From NCBI GenBank assembly GCA_024679065.1, contig JAGIQG010000016.1, positions 2,170,001 to 2,234,000 of the forward strand: a stretch of DNA of 64,000 nt, read 5' to 3'. Shown here piece by piece: positions 1-11,969 of the stretch. Below the pieces are notes generated by a model. It ran no database searches. It saw only the letters and a list, made by a program, of their open reading frames with translations, and was not told the DNA's origin. This DNA is from Sphyrna mokarran (lineage: Eukaryota). Numbering within the stretch: position 1 is the first letter of the stretch; every line of letters begins with the position of its first letter. A program made the position numbers and the translations under genes.

Positions 1-189
1 TGAAGAAAGGAGAGTGAGTGAGACAGAGAAAATGGAAAGGGTTTGCATCCACTGAAATACCTAGGATAGAAAGAGTTGCATTTACATAACCCCTTTCACA
101 ACCTCAGGACCTTGCTAGATACTTTATAGTTCAGATACTGATTGAACACTGTACTGTTAGACAAGATATTTGACCATAACATTAAAACA

Positions 190-465
190 AATGTTCTTAT
201 AAAAAATCCCATAGCCACTATTTGGGAGAGGAATTGGTGGGGTGGTGCTGGGGGAAAGAGTTCTCCCACATGTTCTAAGGTCAAAATGTATCCTGAAACC
301 AACATCACTGAATAAACATGATCTGCTTCACGGTCATTTTGCTGTCTGTAGGAGCTTGCTATGCACAAATTAGCTGCTACTTTTCCTACATTATGAGACG
401 GGAAAAGCATGTCAACAGGTTTGATGTCCTATGGGATGTGAAAAGTGCTTTCAAAATTTAAATTA
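190..465 (+). mobile_element. Decayed DeuSINE/SacSINE1-like element (paralogous copy ~45965-46220)
   Basis: Resembles, from memory, the Deu-domain SINE body (gatcccatggcactatt...ttgctgtttgtggga.cttgct..gcacaaatt.gctgc...tttcctacatt). Not verified by alignment. Confidence 0.5.
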
Positions 466-524
466 CTTCTACAGAGAGAGAAATGAACATTCTCAAAAAT
501 ATTAAATTAAACCCTTGCACTTAC

Positions 525-621
525 TTTCTCACACATTTGAGGATGAGGAGTCCACTCAGTCCAGCACACAACAAGATTCCACCTCCAAGCAATCCTACTT
601 TCCACTGATTGGAAACTTGAT
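525..621 (-). CDS. Gene A transmembrane exon (H)QVSNQWKVGLLGGGILLCAGLSGLLILKCVR(K)
   Basis: Acceptor ttttacAG (622-623), donor GTAAG (524-520), 97 nt, phase 1-2. Hydrophobic run followed by KCVRK. Same length as paralogue 47206-47302. Confidence 0.88.
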
Positions 622-1559
622 CTGTAAAAACAGCCACTGAGTGACTCCAGTACATATCTTTCTCAAAATGTTTAATATTGTTTGTATTTAACATATAACT
701 GCACACACTGATCACTGAAAGTGCTGTTTAAATTCTAAGTCTCCACTACAGGGGAGAAGCAAACTTTTCTATTCCTAAAGCTTTAAAATAGTGCTGGAGT
801 TTGTGATAAATATATAGAAGAAAGTAATTGAGTCAAACCATCAGTAGCTAATTAAAGCTGATATATATGGGCAGGATAGGTGATGTGTCAAAGTTGTAGC
901 ATGTCTTAGCTCAGGGCAAGCACATCTGAGGCTTGAAGAAGAAGTCTGAAGGATTGTAGTACAGGCTTATAACATTAACCTTATACCTCTCTCTCACTAC
1001 AGATGCTGCCAGACTTGCTGAGCTTTTCCAGCCTTTTCTGTCCTTCTGTGATATTTCCAGCATCCACACTATTTTGCTTTTATATTATTGAGAAGCTTTG
1101 GCTCGGAGTCATTGCGCTGGAGGCTGAGCTGCAGACACTGTGACACATCAGAGAGGGCAGGAGCTACCTAGATGCTTTGTATCGGGAGGAGAGCACATCC
1201 CTTAGGTTGTGGTCTTATGATTTGGAAATCAGGAGCAGGAGGGTATGATTCCAATTGAGGCAGGTGAGGAGACTGATTCAAAGAGCAAGAATAGAATTGA
1301 AGAGAACTTTGTTGTTCACACAAAAGTGAAAATTTGTCTTTGCATTCACCTCCAGTGTAACATATAATCATACAGTCTTTAGTTCAAAGACAGTGTATAT
1401 TTCATGATACCTCCATTTATAAATATCTCACACACATTTATATCTTACTAACATTAGAGGGAATCAGCCTCTGCAACTGTCAAATGGGATTTTAGTTCTA
1501 TCAGCATGTTTGGATGGAAAAAGAAGTTTATTTATTGATCACAAATAGGAATTACATTA

Positions 1560-1940
1560 CAATGAAATTACTATGAAATTCCCCTTGTAGCTAATCTATC
1601 TAAGCTGCACATCTTTGGGTACTAAGGGACAGTTTAGCATCGTCAATCAACCTAATCTAAAGTTTATTTATTCGTCACAAGTAAGTCTTACATTAACACT
1701 ACAATAAAGTTACTATGAAATTCCCCAAGTCGCCACACTCAGGCACTTGTTGGTTTAGTTCACCTAACCAGCATGTCCTTCAGACTATGGGAGGAAACTG
1801 GAGCACTCGGAGGACACCCACGCAGAGACAAGGGGGAGAACATGCAAACTCCACAGTCAGTGACCCAAACAGGGAATCGAACCCGGGTCCCTGGCGCTGT
1901 GAGGCAGCAGCATTAACCACTATGCCACCGTGCTGCCCAT
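1560..1940 (-). mobile_element. HE1-like tRNA-derived V-SINE
   Basis: Reverse strand reads GGGCAGCACGGTGGCATAGTGGTT (A box)...GGGTTCGATTCCC (B box), then V-domain GGAGTTTGCATGTTCTCCCC...CTCCAGTTTCCTCCCA. Confidence 0.8.
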
Positions 1941-2129
1941 GAGAATTGGGGCCGCAACACAGATAAACTGACTGACCATGATATTGCAGTACAGGAGACC
2001 ATTCAAGTAGGAGTAAAACATAAAATAATGTAGTGGTAGCAGGAGACTGTATAGTGAAGGGGAACTGAGCCAGGGAACTCTGTAGCCAGGAGCCTCAGTT
2101 CAGACGGCTGTGTTGACTGCCTAGTACCT

Positions 2130-2553
2130 GCACGAAACTACGAAGTGTTGTGAATGTAGTCCAATCCATCAAGCAAACCAGTTACCCATCCATTGAATCT
2201 GTCTACACTTCCTCCTGCCTGGGAAAAGCAGCCAGCATAATTAAGAACCCCACACATCCAAACATTTTCTCTTTCACCTTCTTCCATCAGGAAAAAGATA
2301 CAAAATTCTGAGGTCACGTACCAACTAATTCAAGAACAGCTTCTTCCCTGCTGCCATCAGACATTCGAATAGACCTATTTTATATATTAAGCTGATCTTT
2401 TTATCCAATCTGTGACTGCAACACTATATTCTGCACTCTCTCCTTTATTTGTTCCCTTGTACACAATGAATTGTATATTTTGTCCGAATAGCATACAAGA
2501 AACAATACTTTTCACTTTTTACCAATATACGTGACAATAATAAATCAAATCAA
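2130..2553 (+). mobile_element. Rex1/Babar-like LINE 3' fragment
   Basis: Degenerate LGKAASIIK.PTHP..FHLLPSGKRY C-terminus with an aataataaatcaaatcaa tail. Same family as 30190-30720. Confidence 0.65.
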
Positions 2554-2709
2554 TGGTGAGCATCATGTCTTGGCGCCGTTCCTCTGCCTTTTCCACCTAC
2601 AAACATACAAATAAAGAGCAGGAAGTAGATCAGTTCAGCTTCTCCATTCAATAAGGTCATGGCTGATCGGATTGTAACCTCCTACCAACAATTTACATCA
2701 TTTCTATTC

Positions 2710-5700
2710 AGTTTGGAACTGAATGGTCTTCTTAGAGACAGCCAGCATGGTTTTGTACATGGGAGATCATGTCTTATTAATTTAACTGAGTTTTTTGAGG
2801 AGGTGACAAAAATGATTGATGAGAGACGGGCAGTGGACGTTGTCTACGTGGACTTTAGTAAGGCACCTGACAAGGTCCCTCATGGCAGGCTGGTGCAAAA
2901 GGTTAAATCGCACAAGATCAGCAGTGAACTAGCTAGTAGGATTCAGAACTGGTTTGATCATAAAAGACAGAGGGTAGCAGTGGAAGAGTGTTTTTCTGAG
3001 AGGAGATCTGTAACTATCAGGGGGTCAGTGCTGGGACCTCTGCTGTTTCTAATATGTGTGAATGATTTGGAAGAAAACATAGCTAGTTTGATTCAAATAT
3101 TTGAATCATCGATAGTCACAGGTGAGGTGCCTGAAGATTGGAGGGTGGCAAATGTTGTGCGTTTGTATAAAAAAAGCTGCAGGGAAAAGCCTGGGAACTA
3201 CAGACTCACATCTGTAGTGAGTACGTTATTGGAAAGTATTTTGAGAGACAGGATCTACAGGCATTTGGAGATGCAAGAACTGATTAGGGACAGTCAGTAT
3301 GGCTTTGTGAGTGGAAAATCATGTCTCACAAATTTGATTAAATTTTTTGAAGGGGTAACCAAAAGGTAGATGAGAGCAGTGCAGTTGATGTTAACTAAAT
3401 GGACTTTAGCAAAGCCTTCAACAAGGTACTGCATGGTAGATAGTTGCATAAGGTTGAATCTCATGGGATCCATGGTGAGGTATCTAAATGGATACAAAAT
3501 TGGTTAGAGGACGGAAGCCAGAAGGTGGTTGTAGAGAGTTGTTTTTCAAACTGGAGGCCTGTGACCAGTGGTGTGCCTCAGGGATCAGTGCTGTGTTCAC
3601 TGTTATTTGTCATTTATATTAATGATTTGGATGAGAATATAGGAGGCATGGTGAGTAAGTTTGCAGGTGATACCAAATTGATGGCATAATGGACAATGAA
3701 GAAAGTTATCTCGCATTGCAAGGGGATCATGATTAATTGGTCCAGTGGTCTGACAAATGGCAGATGGAGTTTAATTTAGATAAATGCAAGATGGTGCATT
3801 TTGGTAGCTTGAACCAGGGCAGGACTTACTCAGTTAATGGTAGGATGTTGGGGAGACTTATAGAACAAAGAGATCTAGGGGTACATGTTCGTAGCTCCTT
3901 GAAAGTGGAGTCATAGGTGGACAGAGTGGTGAAGAAGGCATTCAGCATGCTTGGTTTTATTGGTCAGAACAGGAATTAGGATGTTTTGTTGAAGTTGTAC
4001 AAGATATTGTTAGGGCCATGCTTGGAATACTGTGTACAGTTCTGATCACCATATTAGAGAAAGTATATTATTAAACTAGAAAGAGTGCAGAAAAGATTTA
4101 TTAGGATGCTACCGGGACTTGATGTATTGAGCTATAAAGAGAGGCTGGATAGACTGGAATTTTATTTCTCTGGAGCGTAGCAGATTGAAAGGTGAACTTA
4201 TAGAGGTCTATAAAATAATAAGGGGCACAGATCAGCCAAATAGTTAATATCTTGCTGGGGTCTTTTAAAAGACTTCTGGATGAGTACATGGGATTAAATG
4301 GGATTGGGAGTTACAGATAGTTCTATGGCCAAGTAGGTATAGGTGTGATCGGTGCAACTTGTGGGCTGAAGGGCCTGTTTGTGCTGTAGTGTTCTATGTT
4401 CTATCTTTTCCTAAAACTAGAGGGCATTGGTGAGGTGAGCGGAGAGAGATACAAAAGTTTCCAGAAGGGCAACTTTTTCATTCAGAGGGTGATGAGTGTC
4501 TGGAACAAGCTGCCAAAGTTGTAGCAGAGGGGATACAACTTTGTCTTTTAAAAAGCATTTAGACTGTTCCATAGGTAAAATAGGTATAGAGGAATATGGA
4601 TCAAATGCGGGCAATTGGGATTAGTTTAGGGGTTTTAAAAAAAGGGCAGAATGCACAAGTTGGGCTGTAGGACCTGTTTCCTCTATGACTCTATGAGCAA
4701 GTTTGTGGATGATACAAATATTGGCAGAGTTGCAGATAGTGATGAAGATTGTCAGAGAATACAGCAGGATATAGTTAGACTGGAAAATTGGGTGGAGAAA
4801 TGACAGATGGAATTTAATCTAGACAAACGCAAGGTGATGCATTTTGGTAGATCCAATTCAAGCGGGAGCTATAAAAAGGCAGAACCATCAGGAGCATAGA
4901 TACACACAGAGAGATCTGGGAGTATAGGTCCACAGATCCTTAAAAGTGTTAGCATAGTGGGAAAGGTAGTGAAGAAAGCATGTGGCATGCTTGCCTTCAT
5001 TGGACAGAGCATTGAGCATAAAAGTTGGGAAATTAAGTTTATAAAATGTTAGTTCGGCCACATTTGAAATACTGTGTCCAATTCTGGTCACCACACTATC
5101 AGGAGGACATGGAAACTTTGAAGAGAGTGCAGAAAAGGTTTACCAGGGATACTGCCTGGTATGAAGAGTATTAGCTAGGAGGAGAGATTGGATAATCTGG
5201 GATTGTTCTCCCTGGAAAGATGGAGGCTGAGAGGCAACTTGTAGAAGTTTATAAAACTATGAGAGCTATAGATAGGCTGAACAGTGGACATTTTTTCCCA
5301 GAGCAGAACTGACAATTATAAGGGGTACAAATTCGAGATAAAAGGCTTTTGGTGTACAGGCCTTCATCTATCAAGGGATTGAGTTTAGGAGTTGGGAGAT
5401 AATGCTGCAGCTTTGTAAGACCCTAGTCAGACCCCACTAGGAGTACTGTGCGTAGTCCTGGTTGCCGCATTACAAGAAAGTTGTGGAAGCTATTGAAAGG
5501 GTGCAGAGGAGATTTACAAAGATGTTGTCTGGATTGGGTGGCATACCTTATGAGGATAGGTTGAGGGAGCTTGGTTTTTTCTTCTTGGAGAGATGAAGGA
5601 TGAGAGGTGACCTGATAGAGGTGTAAAGATGTTGAGAGGTATAGATCGGGTGGATTCTCAGTGGCTATTTCCCAGGGCTGAAATAGTCACTACAAGAGGA

Positions 5701-5971
5701 CACAGATTTAAGGTACTGGGGACTAGGTACAGAGGAGATGTCAGGGGTAAGTTTTTCACTCAGAGGGTGGTGGGTGAGTGGAATCGACTGTCTTCGGTGG
5801 TGATGGAGGAGAATTCATTAGAGTCTTTTAAGAGACTTCTCGATGAGTACGTGGGATTTAATAGGATTGAGGGTTATAGATAGGCCTAGGAGGTAGGGAT
5901 GTGTTTGGCGCAACTTGTGGGCTGAAGGGCCTGTTTGTGCTGTAGTGTTCTATGTTTTATAAGTCGGGGGT

Positions 5972-6013
<42 letters not shown>

Positions 6014-6240
6014 GGTAGTCAATGGAGATACGCGGGAAAAGTGTTTTACACAGAGGGCGGTGGGGACCTGAAATGTACTGCCAAGCGGTTACATTAGCCA
6101 CATTTAACACTTATCTTGATAGGCATATTAACAAACGAGGGATATAAGCAGTTGTTTCAGATAAGTAAATGTGATCATCTTGGGCTTGGAGATCAAAGGG
6201 CCTGTTCATGCGCTGTATTGTTCTTTGTTCTTTGTAACCA
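2710..6240 (+). mobile_element. Nested cluster of at least four decayed CR1 LINE ORF2 fragments
   Basis: RT motifs ([35 protein letters not shown]) with stops and frameshifts. Several CR1 tails (gggcctgtt..gtgctgt..(ttctat)n) at ~4404, 4695, 5960 and 6235. Confidence 0.9.
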
Positions 6241-7923
6241 TCTAATGCTATTCTGAATGCCTCAATTGAAACTGTCAACGGAATCATACCAGGAATGAAA
6301 CACTTTATGCTCACATAATGCCAAAATCAAAAATAGTTGGGGTCTATGCTAATGTTATACCATACCTTGGAGTTTCTGACCTTGCCTCAAACAATAAGGA
6401 GATGATGATTCCTCTTGTGGGAGAAACTAGAATTAGGGGTCACTGTTTAAAAAAGGGATCACTCATTTAAGAAAGACATGAAAAACCTTTGCTGTCAGAA
6501 TATCGCTTCCTAAAAAAAGCAGTGGAAGTAGATTCTTTGAATTTGTTGAAAGCAGAGGTTGATAGATTCTTGAAAAGCAAAGGGAAAAAAGATTATTGGG
6601 TAGGGATAAGTAAGAGGTTATAATCCAATCAGCCTTGATCTTATTGAATGGAGAAGCTCAATGGGCTAAGTAACTTAGTCCTACTTTTTGCATGTTTATA
6701 TGAGAGAATCTAACCATCACCTCTTGACATTCAACAGCAATCATCATCACTGAATTCTCTAATATGGACATCCTGGGTGTTACCATTGACCACATATTTA
6801 ATTGGATCCACAATGTGAACACTGAGACTACAAGAGCAGGTCAGATGCTGGGAATTCAGCACCAAACAATGCCCCTCCTATCTCCCCAAATCCTGTCCCT
6901 AATGTAGAAGGCACCAGTCACAACAGTGTTGTAATGCTCTCCACTCAATTGGATGAGTGCAGCCCAATAATAGTCAAGAAGCTTGATATCATCCAGGACC
7001 AGCAGCACACACACAAGTCTTTGGAGAGACTGCAGAAAAGAAATGCCAGGATGCTGGCTGAATTAGTAGTTACAAGCACTAAGGAGTGGCTGCACAAATT
7101 CGCATTGTTTTCTCTGGAGCAACAGAAGCAAAGGAGGGACTTGATAAAAATCTATAAAATGATGAGAGACGTAGACACAGCTGATAGTCAGAAACCTTTT
7201 CCCAGAGTTGAAATGTCTAATACTCAGGGGCATGTACTTAAGATGAGAGGGGCTAGGTTCAGAGGAGACACGAGGGGCAAGTTTTTTTACACAGAGAGTG
7301 GTAGATTTCTTGAATGCGTTGCCAGGGATGGTGGTGCAGGCAGATATAATAGGAGTGTTTCTGTGACTTCTGGACAAATACAAGAGTATGTCAAGAATAG
7401 AGGGTATGGAGCAAGGAAGAAGGGATCAGTTTGATTCGGCTTCATTGTTCGGCACAATTTTGTGGGCCGAAGGGCCTGTTCCTGTGCTGTTTATGTGAGT
7501 ATAAAGTGTTTCATTCCTGGTATGATTCCGTTGACAGTTTCAATTGAGGCATTCAGAATAGCATTAGATGGTTACAAAGAACAAAGAACAATACAGCGCA
7601 TGAACAGGCCCTTTGATCTCCAAGCCCAAGATGATCACATTTACTTATCTGAAACAACTGCTTATATCCCTCGTTTGTTAATATGCCTATCAAGATAAGT
7701 GTTAAATGTGGCTGACGTAACCGCTTGGCAGTACATTTCAGGTCCCCACCGCCCTCTGTGTAAAACACTTTTCCCGCGTATCTCCATTGACTACCACCCC
7801 CCCCCCACCCCCGACTTATAGAACATAGAACACTACAGCACAAACAGGCCCTTCAGCCCACAAGTTGCGCCAAACACATCCCTACCTCCTAAGCCTATCT
7901 ATAACCCTCAATCCTATTAAATC
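5855..7923. repeat. Local inverted duplication: 5855-6318 versus 7491-7923
   Basis: Near-identical reverse complements; ORFs 6111-6314(-) and 7462-7698(+) translate identically. Confidence 0.95.
7020..7490 (+). mobile_element. CR1 LINE 3' fragment
   Basis: LERLQKR..RML...LFSLE...DLIKIYKM motif followed by the CR1 tail. Confidence 0.85.
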
Positions 7924-8009
7924 TATGTTAACCCTCAATCCAATTAAATCTATGTTAACACAGACTGTATTGGTGTAGGTGGGAGGCTCAACCTCAACTT
8001 CTCAAATGC

Positions 8010-8315
8010 AGCATGATGGCCTAGTGGTCAGCACTGCTGTTTCACAGCACCTGAATCCAATTCCAGCTTCAACCACTGTCTGTGTGGAGTTTGCACATTC
8101 TCCCCGTGTCTGTGTGGGTTTCCATCAGGTGCTCCGGTTTCTTCCCACAGTCCAATGATGTGAGGGTTGGGTGGATTGGTCATGCTAAATTGCCCCTTAG
8201 TGTCAGGGGGGGTTATCAGGGGTTACAGGATAAGATCTGGGTGGGATTTTTCTCGATACAAGTCCAATGGGCCGCGTGGGCTCCTTGTGCACTGTAGGGT
8301 TTCTGTGATTCTGTG
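8010..8315 (+). mobile_element. HE1-like V-SINE
   Basis: tRNA-like head, V-domain (gtggagtttgcacattctccccgtgtctg...gctccggtttcttcccacagtcc) and CR1-like tail. Confidence 0.8.
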
Positions 8316-8403
8316 AAATGAGTGATCATTTCAAATCCTGCCAACAATGTACAAAATTCTGTGAACTAACAAAAACAGGATTTGGGAGTCTGTGTAAACT
8401 CAC

Positions 8404-8679
8404 GTTTCACAGTGATGGACCCCTCCACCGCTCCATGTTCATTCTCTGCCATGCACTGATAGCCTCCAGTATGCCAGGATGTAACAGTAAAAATCACCAA
8501 CCACAGCTCATTATTGGATCTGGTTCTATTCACTGTGACGTTAAGATGTCTCCAGGTCAGGTTAGAAGCTGGAAAGCTCTCGACAGAACAGATTATCACT
8601 GCAGAACTCCCCTCAATTATATTGATCGATGAAGGATTAATCGTATGAAGGTAAGTAATTCTGAGATTGCGTGGTGCAT
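8404..8679 (-). CDS. Gene A second C2-type Ig exon (YAPRNL...ICSVESFPASNLTW...GGYQCMAENEHG)
   Basis: 276 nt, phase 1-1, AG at 8680-8681, GTGAG donor. C..W..YxC Ig pattern with the ESFP and AENEHG segments typical of Siglec/MAG C2 domains. Confidence 0.92.
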
Positions 8680-8796
8680 CTAAAAACAAAAAAGTTACGT
8701 AGACTGTGAAGCACAGAGACTGTGATAATGTGAAAGGTATGGTAACAATATAGCTTCTTTCAAAACAATACAAGTAAATCAGACAGACATTTCAGT

Positions 8797-9566
8797 TTAG
8801 TACTGAGGGAGTGCTGCACTGTCAGAGAGTCAGTGCTGAGGGAATGCTGCACTGTCAGAGGGTCAGTGCTGAGGGAGTGCTGCACTGTCAGAGGGTCAGT
8901 GCTGAGGGAATGCTGCACTGTCAGAGGGTCAGTGCTGAGGGAATGCTGCACTGTCAGAGGGACAGTGCTGAGGGAATGCTGCACTGTCAGAGGGTCAGTG
9001 CTGAGGAATGCTGCACTGTCAGAGGGTCAGTGCTGAGGGAATGCTGCACTGTCAGAGGGTCAGTGCTGAGGGAATGCCGCACTGTCAGAGGGTCAGTGCT
9101 GAGGAGTGCCGCACTGTCAGAGGGTCAGTGCTGAGGGAATGCCGCACTGTCAGAGGGTCAGTGCTGAGGGAGTCCCCACTGTCAGAGGGTCAGTGCTGAG
9201 GGAGTCCGCACTGTCAGAGGGTCAGTACTGAGGGAGTGCCGCACTGTCAGAGGGTCAGTGCTGAGGGAGTGCAGCACTGTCAGAGGGTCAGTGCTGAGGG
9301 AGTGCCCACGTCAGAGGGTCAGTGCTGAGGGAGTGCCGCACTGTCAGAGGGTCAGTGCTGAGGGAGTGCCGCACTGTCAGAGGGTCAGTGCTGAGGGAGT
9401 GCCGCACTGTCAGAGGGTCAGTGCTGAGGGAGTGCCGCACTGTCAGAGGGTCAGTGCTGAGGGAGTGCCGCACTGTCAGAGGTCAGTGCTGAGGGAGTGC
9501 CGCACTGTCAGAGGTCAGTGCTGAGGGAGTGGCGCACCGTCAGAGGGTCAGTATTGAGGGAGTGCC
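8797..9566 (+). repeat. 33-bp minisatellite (CTGAGGGAGTGCCGCACTGTCAGAGGGTCAGTG)n, about 23 units
   Basis: Direct tandem repeat; produces the 11-aa periodic spurious ORFs. Confidence 0.97.
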
Positions 9567-9795
9567 TGTCTGGAGAGGGGGCAGGTGATGGAGCACCAGA
9601 CACATGGAGGTGAAGCCTTTCATATGTTCAACTCAATTCCCATCTGCTTTCTCAGCTAAATGTAGCTCAGCTAGTTGTATTCAAAATAGAATTCTCATTG
9701 GCTAGTTTTTATTAGTTCAACTCCTTCTCACCAGATTGCTGTTATAAAATGTAAATTGTTTCAGCTATTGTAGAATGAATTATATTTGTACTTAC

Positions 9796-10089
9796 ATTGC
9801 ACAGTTAGTACAAGGTTCCTCTCTGATGAAACAGATGGATATTTCACTCTACAGGTGAGATTGTGTCCGTGGTGTTTGGGTGATGGGATCAGGGTCAGAA
9901 CAGAAGTATAGGTCACAGTGACACCATGCTGAATTACAGTGTTTGAGACTGATCCAGGTATGTCAGTGGGAGTGTCCCAGGTTAAGACAGGTGCTGTTCC
10001 ATTGCACGTTGTATTGAAGGTGCAGCTTATGTTCACATGCTTTCCTGCAATAATTTCAGCAGGAAATATCGTGGGTTTATCTGTGAAAT
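9796..10089 (-). CDS. Gene A first C2-set Ig exon (DFTDKPTI...SCTFNTTCNGTAPVLTW...HHGHNLTCRV)
   Basis: 294 nt, phase 1-1, AG/GTAAG. CxxxxxC...P.LTW and HG.NLTC match the Siglec domain-2 pattern, including the extra inter-domain Cys. Confidence 0.93.
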
Positions 10090-10782
10090 CTAACACATAG
10101 AGAATGAATCCCTTTAGATAAATATAACATGAAGCATCAGTTCAAATTGAAATCACAGCCCCACAAGAGAAAGCACTGTTGCAAGGAGAAAATCAGAACT
10201 GAGAGATTAGAATGATGGTTCTCGTCTCTGGAAAAAGGAATCTGAAAGGTGAAATGGATTCAACAGCGCAGATATAGAGAAGATATTTCCACCTGTGGGA
10301 GTGACACAATTGGGAACCATCAACAGAAGGCAGGCACTATCAGGAACAGTTTGAACTGTTCCCTCTCACTGTCCAATATATTTATATTGTATATGGATAT
10401 ATGTGGTTTCTGACCCGTGGAGGACTTGCATCAATTTAAACAACTCAGCAGCAAACTCGTGTATTTAAAAATGAAAGAGATCAATTTATTTCTCACACTT
10501 GCCCCAGAAGCGTCCAAAACATTGACATTTCATCCAGGCTATTATGTACACAAAAACTAACACATTTGAAACTAAAACAATAATTATAAAAATAGAAATT
10601 TAGATCAGTCACTCTTTCATACAGGCCTAATGTTTCAGATCCATATTATTTAATACTCTATCCAAAGTGAATGTTTCTAAAATGCAAAGATTTTTCAGTC
10701 GTTACGAACGTTCCTAGAGTTGACCTTATTTCTCATTAAGAGTTGAATGTAAGTTATTGAGTAATGATAACACAGCACTTAC

Positions 10783-11148
10783 CAGAAACACGAAGCTGGG
10801 TTACACGCTGAGAGTTGTAATTATTCTTCTGGTCAAATTCTACTCTGAAAAAATAAGATCCAGCATCTCTCTGTGTGATGTCATTTATAATGAGGGAACA
10901 ATTGCCATCTTTCAGGTCTCCAGACAGCCGGGTCCGATTGTGGAATTGTGGTGCTGCTTGATTGTGATCCTTGGAGTGAAAGGCAATAGATGATGATGAC
11001 TGTTTCTCATTATTAAACCAGATTCCAACTCGTGGCTGGTTTTCTAGACATGATGGATAACTGTACTGACATGGAATCTGTACACATGAACCTTCCTGCG
11101 CTGTCACCTCTCGTGGAGTGTCACTTTTCCACTCCTTTGACAGTTCAG
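10783..11148 (-). CDS. Gene A proximal V-set exon V2 (AELSKEW...GSCVQIPC...DGNCSL...DAGSYFFRVEF)
   Basis: 366 nt, phase 1-1, ctccccAG and GTAAG. Siglec V-set signature (CxxIPC, NCSL, YFFR with essential Arg). Open frame. Confidence 0.92.
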
Positions 11149-11606
11149 CTGGGGAGAGAAATATCAATATTTAACACTGGATGCTTTGTAGATCCCAACA
11201 TTCAATATCCACCCTTTCCATCACTGGCACACAGTGGCTGCAATGTGGACCATCTGCAGGACATAGAAAACTCACAAGTGTTACATCAACAGCACCTCCC
11301 TCCCCTATTACCTCTGTTACCCTCAAAGACAATATTTGATTATGATATGGAGGCCAATACGTACGGCTTTTAAACAGAGATGGATGGAATTGGATAACCT
11401 GATAACATTGATGGACGCAATCAGTGCATTTAATCATGATATTAAAGTGAGTGTGAGAGGTTGCTTTAGGACTGAACTGGAAGCTATTACCAGGTTATTG
11501 ATAATCAGACATTGTGCTAAAATAAGCTGTGTTTTGTGTTAATATGTAAATATCACAGTTTGAGTGTTGAATGTGAATTATTGAGTAATTATAACACTGC
11601 ACTTAC

Positions 11607-11969
11607 TGGAAACGCGAAGCCAGGTTACAGGGTGATAACTATAGCTGGGACCATTGTCAAATTCGATTCTGAAATAATAAGGTCCTGCATCTTCCTGTCT
11701 GATGTTGGTAATAATCAGGGAACAATCACCATCTTTCAGGTTTCCAGACAACCGGGTCTGATGGCGGAACCGTGGCATCTCGTGCTTGTGATCCTTGGAG
11801 TGAAAGGCTATTAACGATCTTCTCCGTTCCTCATTAAACCAGACTCCACCTCGGGAATGGGTTTGCAAATGTGATGGATAAGTATAATGACATGGAATCT
11901 GTACACACGAACCTTCCTGCGCTGTCAGTTCTCGTGGAGTATCACCTTTCCACTCCTGTGTCAGTCCAA
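11607..11969 (-). CDS. Gene A distal V-set exon V1 (VGLTQEW...GSCVQIPC...DGDCSL...DAGPYYFRIEF)
   Basis: 363 nt, phase 1-1, intact AG/GTAAG, same Siglec V-set motifs, open frame. Confidence 0.92.

Noticed and set aside
590-606. Lys in gene A TM region (QWKVG) as a DAP12/FcR-gamma-pairing residue of an activating receptor
   Set aside because: It lies at the extracellular boundary next to the interfacial Trp, not mid-membrane.
1860-1940. tRNA gene
   Set aside because: The A/B boxes belong to the head of a V-SINE; no complete cloverleaf.
8760-9524. Periodic Cys/His-rich ORFs (LHCQRVSAEG, ECCTVRGSVLR), also at 23.5-24.3, 51.0-51.5 and 62.5-63.0 kb
   Set aside because: Translations of a 33-bp minisatellite, open in several frames on both strands and frameshifted by unit indels.
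11230-11270. CACAGTG heptamers upstream of all three V exons (11230, 12052, ~56896) as possible RAG recombination signals
   Set aside because: They lie 80-110 bp from the exon rather than abutting a coding end, and there is no ACAAAAACC-like nonamer at 12 or 23 bp. They are shared simply because the flank was duplicated.
10783-11969. Assigning a specific symbol (MAG, CD22, SIGLEC1, SIGLEC15) or calling these Ig/TCR V segments
   Set aside because: Domain count and tail match none of these exactly, and orthology needs a phylogeny. The B-E intrasheet cysteine pattern and YFFR motif are Siglec-type, not antigen-receptor V (no YYC).
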